Of a DNA stretch of 64,000 nucleotides, positions 6,556 to 16,431 are shown piece after piece. The stretch lies in the NCBI GenBank assembly GCA_028686075.1, contig JAQUCT010000002.1, positions 3,432-67,431 on the forward strand, in the 5' to 3' direction. Position numbers and translations under genes: made by a program. This DNA is from Bacillota bacterium. GTDB lineage: Bacteria; Bacillota; Clostridia; Ch29. The notes under the pieces are model-generated. The model did no database searches, was not told the origin of the DNA, and saw only the letters and a program-made list of their open reading frames with translations. Position 1 is the stretch's first letter, and each line of letters starts with the position of its first letter.

Positions 6556-8733
6556 TTATAGGAACTGTTTAACCACTTCGACGACGTCCGGGTAGGCAAT
6601 ACCCAGTTCCTCAAGCTTTTCCACTGTGGGTATTGCGTTTTTGGTCCAACCACGCCTTTTGTAAACTACATCCAGAAGGGTCTGGTATTGATCTTCTCTG
6701 TATTTTCTAAGGGCTTTCATCTTGTCCTCGACAGACATTCCTTCGGGGTCTACTCCCACTTTCTCTTTAAGTTGCTTATCGTACCGCTCTCTGCGGGATT
6801 CGTATTCCTCCACCGTAACCGGTCCTACTGCCCTATAGGGTGGATAGTCGTATTCCCGGAGGCCCTTGCCCATTCTGAGACAGAACACCTTCTGTAAATT
6901 ATATACCCTTTCGGACTGACGCAGCATTTCCTTCTTGGAGAAGTCCTTACCGGTAACAGCTTTGAAAAGGGCTATATAGTTGTCAACGTGTTCCGGAACC
7001 TTTGCCGGTTCATCCGTAAGATGGTTATCCGCGGGCATTATATCGTTCCAGGGAAGCTTGCACAGGCCAGCAATACTGAACCATGTCCTAAACAGTGGGA
7101 AGTAAAAAAGTGCTTCCGCCTTATCCTCAAAGGTAGGCATCTGGTTCCTTATCATGTCCATGAATATGAGCCAGTTTTCATCGTGCTGTGGCCCCTTGTT
7201 GGCGGTACCGTAACCGGCCTGCTGTGCCAGGGATTCCTTTGAGATGTACTCGGAAAACTCAAGACCCTTCATTTCCATCCCTATATCGTTCAAGAAGTCC
7301 TTATCAGCACCGTATTTTTCGACGAACAGTTTTTTCATGCGATGAACACCCTGGCCGGCTACAACGCCGAAGCCCTCTCCCCTGGCCATCTGGTGCATAA
7401 GCTCCATCTGTGCATCCCAGTTCCCGAAATTAAGCTCCAATCCTCCGGTTATTTCTTTGTTTATTATGCCCTTCTCATAGCATTCCATAACAAAGGCACA
7501 CAGCGTACCGAAGGAAATGGTGTCAATTCCGTAGGTATCACAGTAGAAGTTGGTCTCGCTAGCAGCTACCGGGTCAAATATACCGCAGTTCGAGCCAACA
7601 CCCGCAAGGGTTTCGTACTCGGGGCCGTCGGTAAATACCTTTTGACCCTTATAGGGACCTGTTTTTATCTCAAAGTCTGCAAGCGCATGGGCGCAGGCCA
7701 TTGTGCAGCCGAGCCAGCATCCGTCCGGTTTGCCAAGGTCAAACATTTTTTCGAAGCTCTCCTTACCAAGTCTGGGTGCTTCGGGGTGCTCTCCGTACTG
7801 GAAGTTGTTTACGGGCAGCAGGTCGTGGGCGTTCATTGCATCCACCAGCTGTGTTGTGCCATGTACCCTCATCCTGCACTGCTTATCATCATTGTCGTGA
7901 ATCTCCTTGTGCAGCTTTATGCCCAAGTTTATTATCGTTTCCATATCGGCGGGGTTATTCCAGTCGCCTTTTATACCGGTATTTTTGACTACAATGGCCT
8001 TTATTTTTTTGTTTCTTAATACTGTTCCAATTCCTCCCCTGCCCGCCTGCTTTAATTTACATTTTTTTCTATGCAGGTCGTAATAGGAGAAGTTGAGGAT
8101 GCCTATACGGGTATGTTCCGCTCCCTGACCGGCCGATACAACGGATATGTTTCTCTTGCCTTCCTCAGAATCTGCATACATTTCGGTCAAGGTTTCCGCC
8201 AATTCATGGCTGTTTGCGTATCCCTCGGGGGCCTCTTCTATTGATACTTTATTGTTGTCCCCGTCTATGAACACTATTACGTCTTCTTTGGCCTTACCCT
8301 GAATTTCAAGAGCATCGAATCCACAGAATTTGAACAGCGGGCCGAAATATCCGCCTACATTACTATCCACCGGTATGTCTGTTAACGGTGATATTGTTAT
8401 CGCGTAAGACTTACCCGCCCCCGGGTACTGGGTTATACCGTTTATTGGACCCTGGACAATGATTATTTCGTTTTCGGGGCTGTCCCATCGGGTTTCCGGG
8501 GTAACCGCATCCCACAGATATTTCATCCCGTATCCCCTACCTCCGGTAAACTTAGCTTTCATTTCTTCAGAGATGGGTTTTATTTTTACTTTATTTGTTG
8601 ACAGGTTCACATGCAAGGACCTGTCGGCATACCCCCTGTTAATCTTCTTTTTTTCAAAGCTACTTTCATGTAACTTTTTCTGGGTTTTCTTAAATTCTTC
8701 TATGTTAATATTACAGGTTTTTTTACATGCCAT
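6556..8733 (-). CDS. aor: Aldehyde:ferredoxin oxidoreductase family protein (tungstopterin enzyme), long form with ~32 aa N-terminal extension
   Basis: AOR motifs FTGGRGYG, C-x-M-R-V-H cluster-ligand region, GPEYETL, DTISFG...C. 725 aa against ~600 for the canonical enzyme. Confidence 0.85.
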   Translation of the reverse strand: MACKKTCNINIEEFKKTQKKLHESSFEKKKINRGYADRSLHVNLSTNKVKIKPISEEMKAKFTGGRGYGMKYLWDAVTPETRWDSPENEIIIVQGPINGITQYPGAGKSYAITISPLTDIPVDSNVGGYFGPLFKFCGFDALEIQGKAKEDVIVFIDGDNNKVSIEEAPEGYANSHELAETLTEMYADSEEGKRNISVVSAGQGAEHTRIGILNFSYYDLHRKKCKLKQAGRGGIGTVLRNKKIKAIVVKNTGIKGDWNNPADMETIINLGIKLHKEIHDNDDKQCRMRVHGTTQLVDAMNAHDLLPVNNFQYGEHPEAPRLGKESFEKMFDLGKPDGCWLGCTMACAHALADFEIKTGPYKGQKVFTDGPEYETLAGVGSNCGIFDPVAASETNFYCDTYGIDTISFGTLCAFVMECYEKGIINKEITGGLELNFGNWDAQMELMHQMARGEGFGVVAGQGVHRMKKLFVEKYGADKDFLNDIGMEMKGLEFSEYISKESLAQQAGYGTANKGPQHDENWLIFMDMIRNQMPTFEDKAEALFYFPLFRTWFSIAGLCKLPWNDIMPADNHLTDEPAKVPEHVDNYIALFKAVTGKDFSKKEMLRQSERVYNLQKVFCLRMGKGLREYDYPPYRAVGPVTVEEYESRRERYDKQLKEKVGVDPEGMSVEDKMKALRKYREDQYQTLLDVVYKRRGWTKNAIPTVEKLEELGIAYPDVVEVVKQFL

Positions 8734-8751
8734 AATAATCCCTCCTCTACT

Positions 8752-9138
8752 CTAAACTTCTTTCATGAAAATGGCACCGGTACTGCACGCTCTGGTACAT
8801 GCACCACATGATATGCATTTAAACGGACCTACTATGTCTTTTTGGTACTTCATTGCTAGATTCGGGCAAAAGCCCACGCAGGCATAACACTGAACGCATT
8901 TGTCCTTGTCAATCATTACTATGCCGTTTTTGTTCCTGTAAATGGCCTGTACTTGGCATATGTCGATACACTCGCCGCATTGATTGCAGACATTGATATC
9001 ATACCCGCCATCACTTTTTTCGGTGATCCTTATTGCAGATTTTTCAGGATCGTTTTCCTTGAATAGCACCTTTGAACAAGCTTCCTCACATGCCTTACAA
9101 CCAATACATAGTTCTGGTTTCGTGGCTACAATTTTCAA
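8752..9138 (-). CDS. Tetra-cluster [4Fe-4S] ferredoxin (four CxxCxxCxxxC motifs), electron-transfer partner of the AOR
   Basis: 16 Cys in four canonical motifs; TTG start with AAAGGGGG RBS; lies 18 nt upstream of the AOR gene. Confidence 0.8.
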   Translation of the reverse strand: MKIVATKPELCIGCKACEEACSKVLFKENDPEKSAIRITEKSDGGYDINVCNQCGECIDICQVQAIYRNKNGIVMIDKDKCVQCYACVGFCPNLAMKYQKDIVGPFKCISCGACTRACSTGAIFMKEV

Positions 9139-9236
9139 AGCTTATTTGCCCCCTTTCATTGTTATATGAAAAAAGTTTTTTGCCTCCTCGGGCTATTAAT
9201 AATACGAGAGTCTATTGCATTAAAGGCGTTTATTTT

Positions 9237-10046
9237 TTATAGTTTCGCTAATTCTTGTGCCCTTTCGGTACATGCATTCATAGCCTCAATTACAGAGGAC
9301 CTGAAAGCGTTTTTCTCAAAGCTGGCTACCGCTGCTATTGTAGTACCTGCAGGGGAACATACTTGGTCCTTTAATTCTCCCGGATGTTTACCTGTTTCAA
9401 GAACCATCTTGGCAGAGCCAAATACTGCTTGGGCAGCCAATTTGTATGCAAGCGGGCGTGGTATCCCCGATAGCACCGCCCCATCGGCCATAGCCTCAAT
9501 AAAAATGAAGACATAAGCAGGGCTGCTTGAAGTAAGGGCAATCACTTCGCTCATAAGGTCTTCGTTTAATAATTCTGTTTTTCCAACACAGTCGAATAGG
9601 CCTTGTACAGTCTTCAACTCATCATCGGTAACTTTGTTGCATTTTGATAATAGAGTCATTCCTTCTCCCACAAGTGCCGGCGTGTTCGGCATTACTCTTA
9701 TAACTTTTTTATCCTCGCCAATAATACCCTTGAATTTTTTTGTAGGAACTCCGGCAGCTATCGAAACTAGTATTTTTTTAGAATCAAATTTATCCTTGCA
9801 ATCAGATAATGCAATATCGACAATATTTGGTTTTACTGCAAGGATAATTATATCTGATTTTTCTACGATTTCTGAATTGCTTTTTAAGAAATTAACACCG
9901 GTTTCCTTGCTAAGTTGTGTTGCCCTATCAGCATCAATGTCAGTTATATATATGTCGTTAGCCTTTAGAAGCCCAGCTGCTGATATTCCTTTTATCAGTG
10001 CTGAACCCATATTACCTGTACCTATAAAGCCTAATTTAATGGACAT
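9237..10046 (-). CDS. proC: Pyrroline-5-carboxylate reductase
   Basis: MSIKLGFIGTGNMGSAL Rossmann N-terminus. Start set at ATG 10046 (GGAGTG RBS) rather than the track start at 10103. Confidence 0.9.
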   Translation of the reverse strand: MSIKLGFIGTGNMGSALIKGISAAGLLKANDIYITDIDADRATQLSKETGVNFLKSNSEIVEKSDIIILAVKPNIVDIALSDCKDKFDSKKILVSIAAGVPTKKFKGIIGEDKKVIRVMPNTPALVGEGMTLLSKCNKVTDDELKTVQGLFDCVGKTELLNEDLMSEVIALTSSSPAYVFIFIEAMADGAVLSGIPRPLAYKLAAQAVFGSAKMVLETGKHPGELKDQVCSPAGTTIAAVASFEKNAFRSSVIEAMNACTERAQELAKL

Positions 10047-10339
10047 ATCACCACTCCTATATAAAGTATTTTCTAACTCTAGATTCTGAGTAAAATAAAA
10101 CATTCTTCAAATTCAACTTTAATTTTACGAAGAATCCGGAAAATGTCTTTTGTTTGGTAACATTTTCATCACCAACTTTCTACTTTTCTCATTATAATCC
10201 TTTTGCATAAGTACTACATATAACGTGTGTATTGAATATTTTCATTATATGTTATATATATTCTCATTAAAAATCAAAAATCCTGCTAAAAATTATATAT
10301 TACTAAAATTTTTGTTGAAAATTATATACCATATACAAT

Positions 10340-10391
10340 AAATCCACGTTATACCCAATAAAAGTTTCATTAAGGATACCAACGTGGATTT
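10340..10391. terminator. Hairpin with 11-bp perfect stem (aaatccacgtt / aacgtggattt), ~50 nt downstream of the asnS stop
   Basis: Inverted repeat inside a 335-bp AT-rich intergenic region. Confidence 0.55.
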
Positions 10392-10438
10392 ACTAGAAAA
10401 ATTTAGAATGTAATACTATTAATGTGTTGTATATAAAT

Positions 10439-11731
10439 CTAGGGTGTAATCCGGTTAAGCGTTCTGGCAAATGGAATTGTCTCCCTAATGTGGTCTATAC
10501 CACAGAGCCAGGCCACCGTTCTCTCAAGCCCCAGTCCAAAGCCCGAATGCGGAACCGAACCGTATTTTCTAATGTCCAGATACCACCTGTAGTCCTCAAC
10601 GGGCAAGCCTTCCTCCTCAATCTTTCTAAGCAGAAGGTTATAATCGTGTATCCTCTGGCTGCCCCCAATAATCTCCCCGTACCCCTCCGGTGCAAGCAAA
10701 TCAGCACCCAGTATCACTCCTTCGTTTTTCGGGTCCGGTTCCATATAAAAGGCCTTAATTTTCGCAGGGAATTTTTCCACAAACACAGGCCTGTCAAATT
10801 GCTCGGCTATAAAGGTTTCATCGGGAGCACCGAAATCACTGCCCCATTCAAAATCAAAGCCACTTTTCTTTAGCATTTCCACCGCATGGTCGTAAGTAAT
10901 CCTCGGGAAGGGTGTCTTTACCGTCTCAAGGCGGCTTGTATCCCTGTTTAGGGTTTTTAGCTCCATAGCGCAGTTTTCCAGCACCGACCCGACTATATAT
11001 TCAATAAGCCGTTCCTGTAATTCCATATTGTCCCAGTGGTCAAAGTAGGCCATTTCCGGTTCAATCATCCAGAATTCGTTAAGATGTCTGCGAGTTTTTG
11101 ATTTTTCCGCTCGGAAGGTTGGCCCGAAACTGTAAACCTTTCCGAAGGCCAAAGCCGCTGCTTCATTGTACAACTGCCCTGTCTGAGACAAATAAGCTTT
11201 GTGCTCGAAATAATCAAGCTCAAAGAGGTTTGTGGTGCCTTCGCAGCTGTTTGCGGTGATAATTGGCGGCTCTATAAGCACAAAGCCTTCTCTATCAAGG
11301 AATTCTCTGACGGCACTATTTATTCGGGCCCTTATTATAAGGATGGCATGCTGCCTTTTGTGTCTCATCCATAGGTGGCGGTGGTCCATCAGAAACTCTG
11401 TACCGTGTTCCTTCATTGTGATTGGGTAGTCCTCCGACGGAGAAACGACCTTTAGGTCGGTAACCGTGACCTCGTAACCGCTGGGAGCCCTTTCATCCTT
11501 CCTTACAATACCTTTAACTATAATAGAGGTTTCCTGGGTGATATCCTTACAAAGTCTGAATACGTCCTCCGGCAGTTCGTTTTTTACCGCAACCCCCTGT
11601 ACAAAACCCGTCCCGTCCCTTAACTGCAAAAACGCAATCTTTCCGCTGGACCTCTTGTTGTGCAGCCAGCCCTTTAAGGTCACTTCACTGCCTTCGTGGT
11701 CCTTAAGATTTCTTATGGTTGTATCCGTCAT
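10439..11731 (-). CDS. asnS: Asparagine--tRNA ligase
   Basis: 430 aa class IIb aaRS with an N-terminal OB fold, AsnRS-like length and C-terminus. Confidence 0.88.
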   Translation of the reverse strand: MTDTTIRNLKDHEGSEVTLKGWLHNKRSSGKIAFLQLRDGTGFVQGVAVKNELPEDVFRLCKDITQETSIIVKGIVRKDERAPSGYEVTVTDLKVVSPSEDYPITMKEHGTEFLMDHRHLWMRHKRQHAILIIRARINSAVREFLDREGFVLIEPPIITANSCEGTTNLFELDYFEHKAYLSQTGQLYNEAAALAFGKVYSFGPTFRAEKSKTRRHLNEFWMIEPEMAYFDHWDNMELQERLIEYIVGSVLENCAMELKTLNRDTSRLETVKTPFPRITYDHAVEMLKKSGFDFEWGSDFGAPDETFIAEQFDRPVFVEKFPAKIKAFYMEPDPKNEGVILGADLLAPEGYGEIIGGSQRIHDYNLLLRKIEEEGLPVEDYRWYLDIRKYGSVPHSGFGLGLERTVAWLCGIDHIRETIPFARTLNRITP

Positions 11732-12602
11732 TTTTCCCCCTCCTAAAGTGTTTTTCCCGTTTTAACTCCTGTTTATTCCGGTCTGCGGTTTCTTTCAGTC
11801 TGTCCACCGCTCTGATATCAACCGTAAATCGGCCTATAAGCAGGTCTCCGTCATGTTTTGATACCCCGTGGCAGTCGGAACCCCCGGTGACTATCAGGTT
11901 GTGACGTCGGGCTAATTCGGTAAAGGCAGTCGCCTGATTTTCGTCATGCCTGGAATGGAAGGCCTCTATCCCCTGTATCCCTTTCGCGATGCACAGGTCT
12001 ATAAAGGAAACACTGCTCAGTATCCCGGGATGGGCAAGGACGGGTACGCCGCCGCACCCTTTAATAAGCTCTATGGCCTCCCGGGGCATTAGTTTACACC
12101 TTTCAACATAGGCGGGCCGTCCGTGGCCTATATATCTTTCAAAGGCCTCTTTAATGCTTGAAACAAAGCCCTTGTCAATCAGCACTCTGGCGACATGGGG
12201 TCTTCCCATGGTATCAGCTTTACCGGCCCGGGATAGCACCTGCTCCTTGGTTATATCTAAACCCAGTCCATTGAGTTTTTCGATTATTGCCAAAATTCTG
12301 TGCATTCTGGCTCCTTTAAGTTCCTTTAATGAGTTAATTAAGCCTACATCGGTATGGTCTATGTAATAGCCCAATATGTGCAACTCCCCATTGTCGGAGC
12401 TAGTGTTTATCTCAATGCCCGGGACCACCCTTACACCAAGTTCTTCTCCCGCCCTGAGAGCTTCTGGAATGCCCTCGACAGTATCGTGATCGGTCAGGGC
12501 TATTGCTGCCAGCTTTCGTTTTGCTGCCTGGGTTACCACTTCATAGGGCGAAAGGACTCCATCCGACCTGTTACTATGTAAATGCAAATCCGCTTTTGGC
12601 AT
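11703..12602 (-). CDS. PHP-domain metal-dependent phosphoesterase (TrpH/YciV-like)
   Basis: N-terminal [15 protein letters not shown] motif. Confidence 0.8.
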   Translation of the reverse strand: MPKADLHLHSNRSDGVLSPYEVVTQAAKRKLAAIALTDHDTVEGIPEALRAGEELGVRVVPGIEINTSSDNGELHILGYYIDHTDVGLINSLKELKGARMHRILAIIEKLNGLGLDITKEQVLSRAGKADTMGRPHVARVLIDKGFVSSIKEAFERYIGHGRPAYVERCKLMPREAIELIKGCGGVPVLAHPGILSSVSFIDLCIAKGIQGIEAFHSRHDENQATAFTELARRHNLIVTGGSDCHGVSKHDGDLLIGRFTVDIRAVDRLKETADRNKQELKREKHFRRGKNDGYNHKKS

Positions 12603-12653
12603 CAGTATCCTCCTTATTGTGAAGTGAGAGGTGAGAGGTTAGTATTATACAAT

Positions 12654-12682
12654 AAAAACCTGCCTGGTTAAGCAGGTTTTTA
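12654..12682. terminator. Bidirectional rho-independent terminator (acctgcc...ggcaggt with flanking A-run and T-run) after spoVS
   Basis: Seen in sequence. Confidence 0.75.
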
Positions 12683-12699
12683 GCAAACACGTTTCCAGT

Positions 12700-12963
12700 C
12701 TATCTCGGTTCAACTATGAGCTTTATAGCCGTCCTTTCTTCTCCATCAATCAAAATATCGGTAAAGGCCGGTATACAAATTAGATCCATTCCGCTGGGAG
12801 CAACAAATCCCCGGGCTATTGCCACTGCTTTAACTGCCTGATTGAGTGCTCCGGCACCAATGGCCTGCATTTCAGCGTTCCCTTTTTCTCTGAGAACACC
12901 GGCTAAAGCCCCGGCGACCGAGTTTGGATTTGACTTGGCTGACACCTTTAATACATCCATCAA
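12700..12963 (-). CDS. spoVS: Stage V sporulation protein S
   Basis: 87 aa, near-identical over its length to the SpoVS family (VLKVSAKSNPNSVAGALAGVLRE...AIKLIVEPR). Confidence 0.95.
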   Translation of the reverse strand: MMDVLKVSAKSNPNSVAGALAGVLREKGNAEMQAIGAGALNQAVKAVAIARGFVAPSGMDLICIPAFTDILIDGEERTAIKLIVEPR

Positions 12964-13078
12964 TAAAAGCCCCCTTCAAAATAATTAATGCACCAATTGT
13001 TATTATTCTACATATAGTAAAAAAATCCTTTTAAAATTTGAATATTTTAGTCGATGGCTTGCACAAAGCGACAAACAA

Positions 13079-13096
13079 CCCACCCTTAAGGGTGGG
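13079..13096. terminator. Hairpin cccaccc-ttaa-gggtggg downstream of rny
   Basis: Perfect 7-bp stem followed on the minus strand by a U-rich stretch. Confidence 0.6.
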
Positions 13097-13113
13097 CTGA
13101 CATTTTCTATCAT

Positions 13114-14589
13114 TTATTTTGCGTATTCAATTGCCCGTGTTTCTCTTATTACGTTTATTTTAATCTGACCGGGATAATCCAGTTCTTCTTCGATCCTTTT
13201 GGAGATATTCTTGGCAATGAACACTATATCGGTATCACCAACATTTTCAGGTTTAACCATTATCCTTATCTCCCTGCCCGCCTGAATTGCATATGACTTA
13301 TCCACACCGTCGAAAGAACTGGCTATCTCCTCAAGCTGTTCCAGCCTCTTTATATAGGTCTCCAGTGTCTCACGCCTTGCGCCCGGCCTTGCGGCGGATA
13401 TGGCATCGGCTGCCTGGACTAGTACCGCTTCGATTGAGGTCGGTTCTATGTCATTATGATGGGCCCCAATCGCGTGTATAACCTCATGGGATTCCCGGTA
13501 CTTCTTGGCTATACTTACACCTATCTGTACATGGTTTCCTTCCATTTCATGGTCTACCGCCTTACCGATATCGTGAAGCAGGCCCGCCCTTCTGGCCAAT
13601 TTTGCATCCCCGCCCAATTCTTCGGCCATGGATGCGGCCAACTGTGCTACTTCAACAGAATGTTTAAGTACATTCTGTCCGTAACTGGTACGATAATTCA
13701 GTCTCCCGAGATATTTTAACACCTCCGGGTGTACCCCGTGTACCCCTGTTTCAAAGGTTGCCTGTTCGCCATGCTCCCGGATTTTTACATCAACTTCCTT
13801 CTTGGCTTTTTCCACCATTTCTTCTATTCTGGCAGGGTGGATTCGTCCGTCGGCAATGAGTTTTTCCAATGCAATTCTTGCTACTTCCCTTCGAATAGGG
13901 TCAAACCCGGAAAGTATAACCGCCTCGGGAGTATCGTCAATTATGAGGTCTATTCCGGTAAGGGTCTCAAGGGTTCTTATGTTCCTTCCTTCACGTCCTA
14001 TTATTCTTCCCTTCATCTCGTCATTCGGCAACTGGACTACAGAAACGGTAGTATCTGCAACATGGTCTGCCGCACATTTTTGAATAGCGCAGGTTATTAT
14101 TTCCCTGGCTTTTTTGTCTGCTTCATCCTTGGCCTGTGCCTCAATTTCCTTGACCATTACGGCTGCATCTTTCTCAATTTCTCTTCTTATATCATTAAAA
14201 AGAATCTCCTTTGCTTCGTCCGAAGTAAAGCCCGACATCCTCTCAAGTTCTTTTTTCTGTTTCTCATAGAGTTCGCGGATGTATTCCTGATGTCGTTTGG
14301 TGTCCTCGTCCCGGCGACTTAGAGTCTCTTCCTTCTTTTCTATCGCATCTATTTTTCTATCAAGGGATTCTTCTTTTTGAATAAGCCTTCTTTCAATCCT
14401 CTGCTGTTCGTTTCTTCTCTCTCTGGCTTCTTTTTCAAATTCGCTTCTCAGCCGGTGTGCCTCTTCCTTGGCCTCAAGCAGCTGCTCCTTTTTGAGTGTT
14501 TCGGCCTCCTTTTCGGCATCTAAAACCAGTTTTTTTGCCAGCTCTTCTGCATTGGTTATCTTGGCTTCGGCTATTATCTTTCTCACCAA
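13114..14589 (-). CDS. rny: Ribonuclease Y (KH + HD domains)
   Basis: KH motif and HD domain (HDIGK). The reading frame stays open upstream to about 14646, encoding the expected TM helix ([22 protein letters not shown]), with a GGGAGGTG RBS but only an ATA codon at the right spacing. The real N-terminus therefore probably lies upstream of the TTG at 14589. Confidence 0.88.
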   Translation of the reverse strand: MVRKIIAEAKITNAEELAKKLVLDAEKEAETLKKEQLLEAKEEAHRLRSEFEKEARERRNEQQRIERRLIQKEESLDRKIDAIEKKEETLSRRDEDTKRHQEYIRELYEKQKKELERMSGFTSDEAKEILFNDIRREIEKDAAVMVKEIEAQAKDEADKKAREIITCAIQKCAADHVADTTVSVVQLPNDEMKGRIIGREGRNIRTLETLTGIDLIIDDTPEAVILSGFDPIRREVARIALEKLIADGRIHPARIEEMVEKAKKEVDVKIREHGEQATFETGVHGVHPEVLKYLGRLNYRTSYGQNVLKHSVEVAQLAASMAEELGGDAKLARRAGLLHDIGKAVDHEMEGNHVQIGVSIAKKYRESHEVIHAIGAHHNDIEPTSIEAVLVQAADAISAARPGARRETLETYIKRLEQLEEIASSFDGVDKSYAIQAGREIRIMVKPENVGDTDIVFIAKNISKRIEEELDYPGQIKINVIRETRAIEYAK

Positions 14590-14772
14590 AAAACCGGCAA
14601 AAAAAGCAACCAGAGATGCTATAAATGCTATTATAAGCTTGTCTATACAGCAACACCTCCCTCTATTTTAGTTTTTTACCAAGGTATATTCTTAAAGGTT
14701 CTTAATTACAGAAAACAATACTAGCACAATACTACCGTATCGTAATAATTTTATATTCTTTTGCTATTTATG

Positions 14773-15231
14773 TCAAGTTGAATGGATTTTGCGCTTTCCT
14801 AGGACGGAATTAATGCAGCTGTATTCGAAGCCTCTCCGTGACAGGTATCCCAGCACCTTTCTCGTATCGCCTTTGTCTTGCAAATCAAGATGGGACAATT
14901 TTGTATCCAGTATGTCCTCTATCAGGGATTTCTCGTCTATGGTGTTGTATTCACTGTTTTCTTCTATAAGATTTTTTGCTATACCCCTTTGCTGCAGTTC
15001 CTTTTTTATTCTCAAACGCCCCATGGGATTGAATTTGATCCTGTCCCTAATATAACAGGTCACGTAGTTAGAATCGTCAATATAGCTGTTTTCCTTAAGC
15101 TTCGCGATTATTTGCCCGATCAATTGCTCACTGAAACCTGCTTTGAGTTTTTTTCTTACCTCCTCTTCGGTCTTCATCCTGTTTGCAATGTACCTTAAAG
15201 CCGCTTCATACCCCTTATCATAGTCTTCCAT
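14773..15231 (-). CDS. recX: RecA regulator RecX
   Basis: Directly downstream of recA. Start set at ATG 15231 (GAGGTGAT RBS). RecX-like helical repeats. Confidence 0.8.
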   Translation of the reverse strand: MEDYDKGYEAALRYIANRMKTEEEVRKKLKAGFSEQLIGQIIAKLKENSYIDDSNYVTCYIRDRIKFNPMGRLRIKKELQQRGIAKNLIEENSEYNTIDEKSLIEDILDTKLSHLDLQDKGDTRKVLGYLSRRGFEYSCINSVLGKRKIHST

Positions 15232-15323
15232 ACATATCACCTCTTTTTTTAAAATCATCCCGTACCCGATACAAAAAAACATACGGACCGTCCCGGGCTT
15301 CATGGACAGTCCGTCGCCGTTTA

Positions 15324-16358
15324 CTAATTATTAGTATTCTGTTCCCCTGCTTCCTCCTTTGGCCGGGCGTTTAAACCATGTTTTTCCCTGATCATTTCCT
15401 CAATTTGTGTACAAATATCCTTATTTTCTAAAAGATACCGTTTAGCGTTCTCCCTTCCCTGTCCCAGCCGTGTATCCCCGAAGGAATACCAGGAGCCGCT
15501 CTTTAAAGCTATCCCGTCATCTATTGCCGCGTCCAGAATAGCCCCCTCCCTGGATATCCCTTTGCCGTACATTATATCGAATTCGGCCTGTCTAAAAGGG
15601 GGTGCAACCTTGTTTTTAACAACCTTAGCCCTTACACGGTTGCCTATGCTTTCATCACCCTGTTTGAGCGTTTCTATCCTTCTTACGTCCAGTCTCACCG
15701 AAGCGTAGAATTTCAGTGCCCTCCCGCCGGGGGTGGTTTCCGGGTTTCCAAACATAACCCCTACCTTCTCGCGAAGCTGGTTAATAAATATAGCAGTCGT
15801 TTTAGACTTGTTTATCGCCCCAGCCAGTTTACGCAGGGCCTGGGACATAAGCCTTGCTTGCAGGCCAACGTGGGCATCACCCATCTCCCCTTCTATCTCC
15901 GCCTTGGGCACAAGGGCTGCAACGGAGTCAATAACTACCACGTCAAGGGCACCCGAGCGAACAAGGGCTTCGGCTATCTCCAGGGCCTGCTCACCGGTAT
16001 CCGGCTGAGAGACTATAAGGTTTTCAATGTCAACGCCAAGGTTGCCTGCATATATCGGGTCTAGGGCGTGCTCGGCGTCTATAAATGCCGCATTGCCGCC
16101 GGTTTTTTGTGCTTCGGCTATAATGTGCAGTGCTACCGTTGTTTTGCCGGAGGATTCGGGACCGAATACCTCAACAACCCTTCCCCGGGGAACTCCGCCT
16201 ATGCCCAGGGCTATATCCAGGTTTATCGCACCGGTTGGTATAAAGGACAGGTTAAGGCTTGCCTTTTGGTCTCCCAGTTTCATTACCGAACCCTTCCCAA
16301 ACTGTTTTTCTATCTGGTTTATGGTCAATTCAAGGGCCTTTGTCTTCTCATTAGTCAT
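15324..16358 (-). CDS. recA: Recombinase RecA
   Basis: Walker [10 protein letters not shown] and the full RecA fold; 344 aa. Confidence 0.97.
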   Translation of the reverse strand: MTNEKTKALELTINQIEKQFGKGSVMKLGDQKASLNLSFIPTGAINLDIALGIGGVPRGRVVEVFGPESSGKTTVALHIIAEAQKTGGNAAFIDAEHALDPIYAGNLGVDIENLIVSQPDTGEQALEIAEALVRSGALDVVVIDSVAALVPKAEIEGEMGDAHVGLQARLMSQALRKLAGAINKSKTTAIFINQLREKVGVMFGNPETTPGGRALKFYASVRLDVRRIETLKQGDESIGNRVRAKVVKNKVAPPFRQAEFDIMYGKGISREGAILDAAIDDGIALKSGSWYSFGDTRLGQGRENAKRYLLENKDICTQIEEMIREKHGLNARPKEEAGEQNTNN

Positions 16359-16383
16359 TTGGACACCACCTTTATAAAAATAG

Positions 16384-16395
16384 GAACAAATGTTC
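16384..16395. promoter_or_regulatory. LexA (Cheo) box GAACAAATGTTC upstream of recA
   Basis: Perfect GAAC-N4-GTTC, 26 nt upstream of the recA ATG. Confidence 0.85.
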
Positions 16396-16431
16396 TGTAT
16401 ATATTATATATTAATACTTGTTTTTGTCAAT
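16396..16431 (-). promoter_or_regulatory. recA promoter TTGACA-16-TATAAT (minus strand), immediately upstream of the LexA box
   Basis: Read from the reverse complement; overlaps the 3' end of cinA. Confidence 0.7.

Noticed and set aside
7342-8019. 225 aa + strand ORF inside the AOR gene
   Set aside because: Antisense to a well-supported gene. Similar long antisense ORFs lie inside cheA (60194-60943), pnp (29193-29816), rny (13729-14322), dapG (24160-24672), polC and infB. All were rejected as non-coding.
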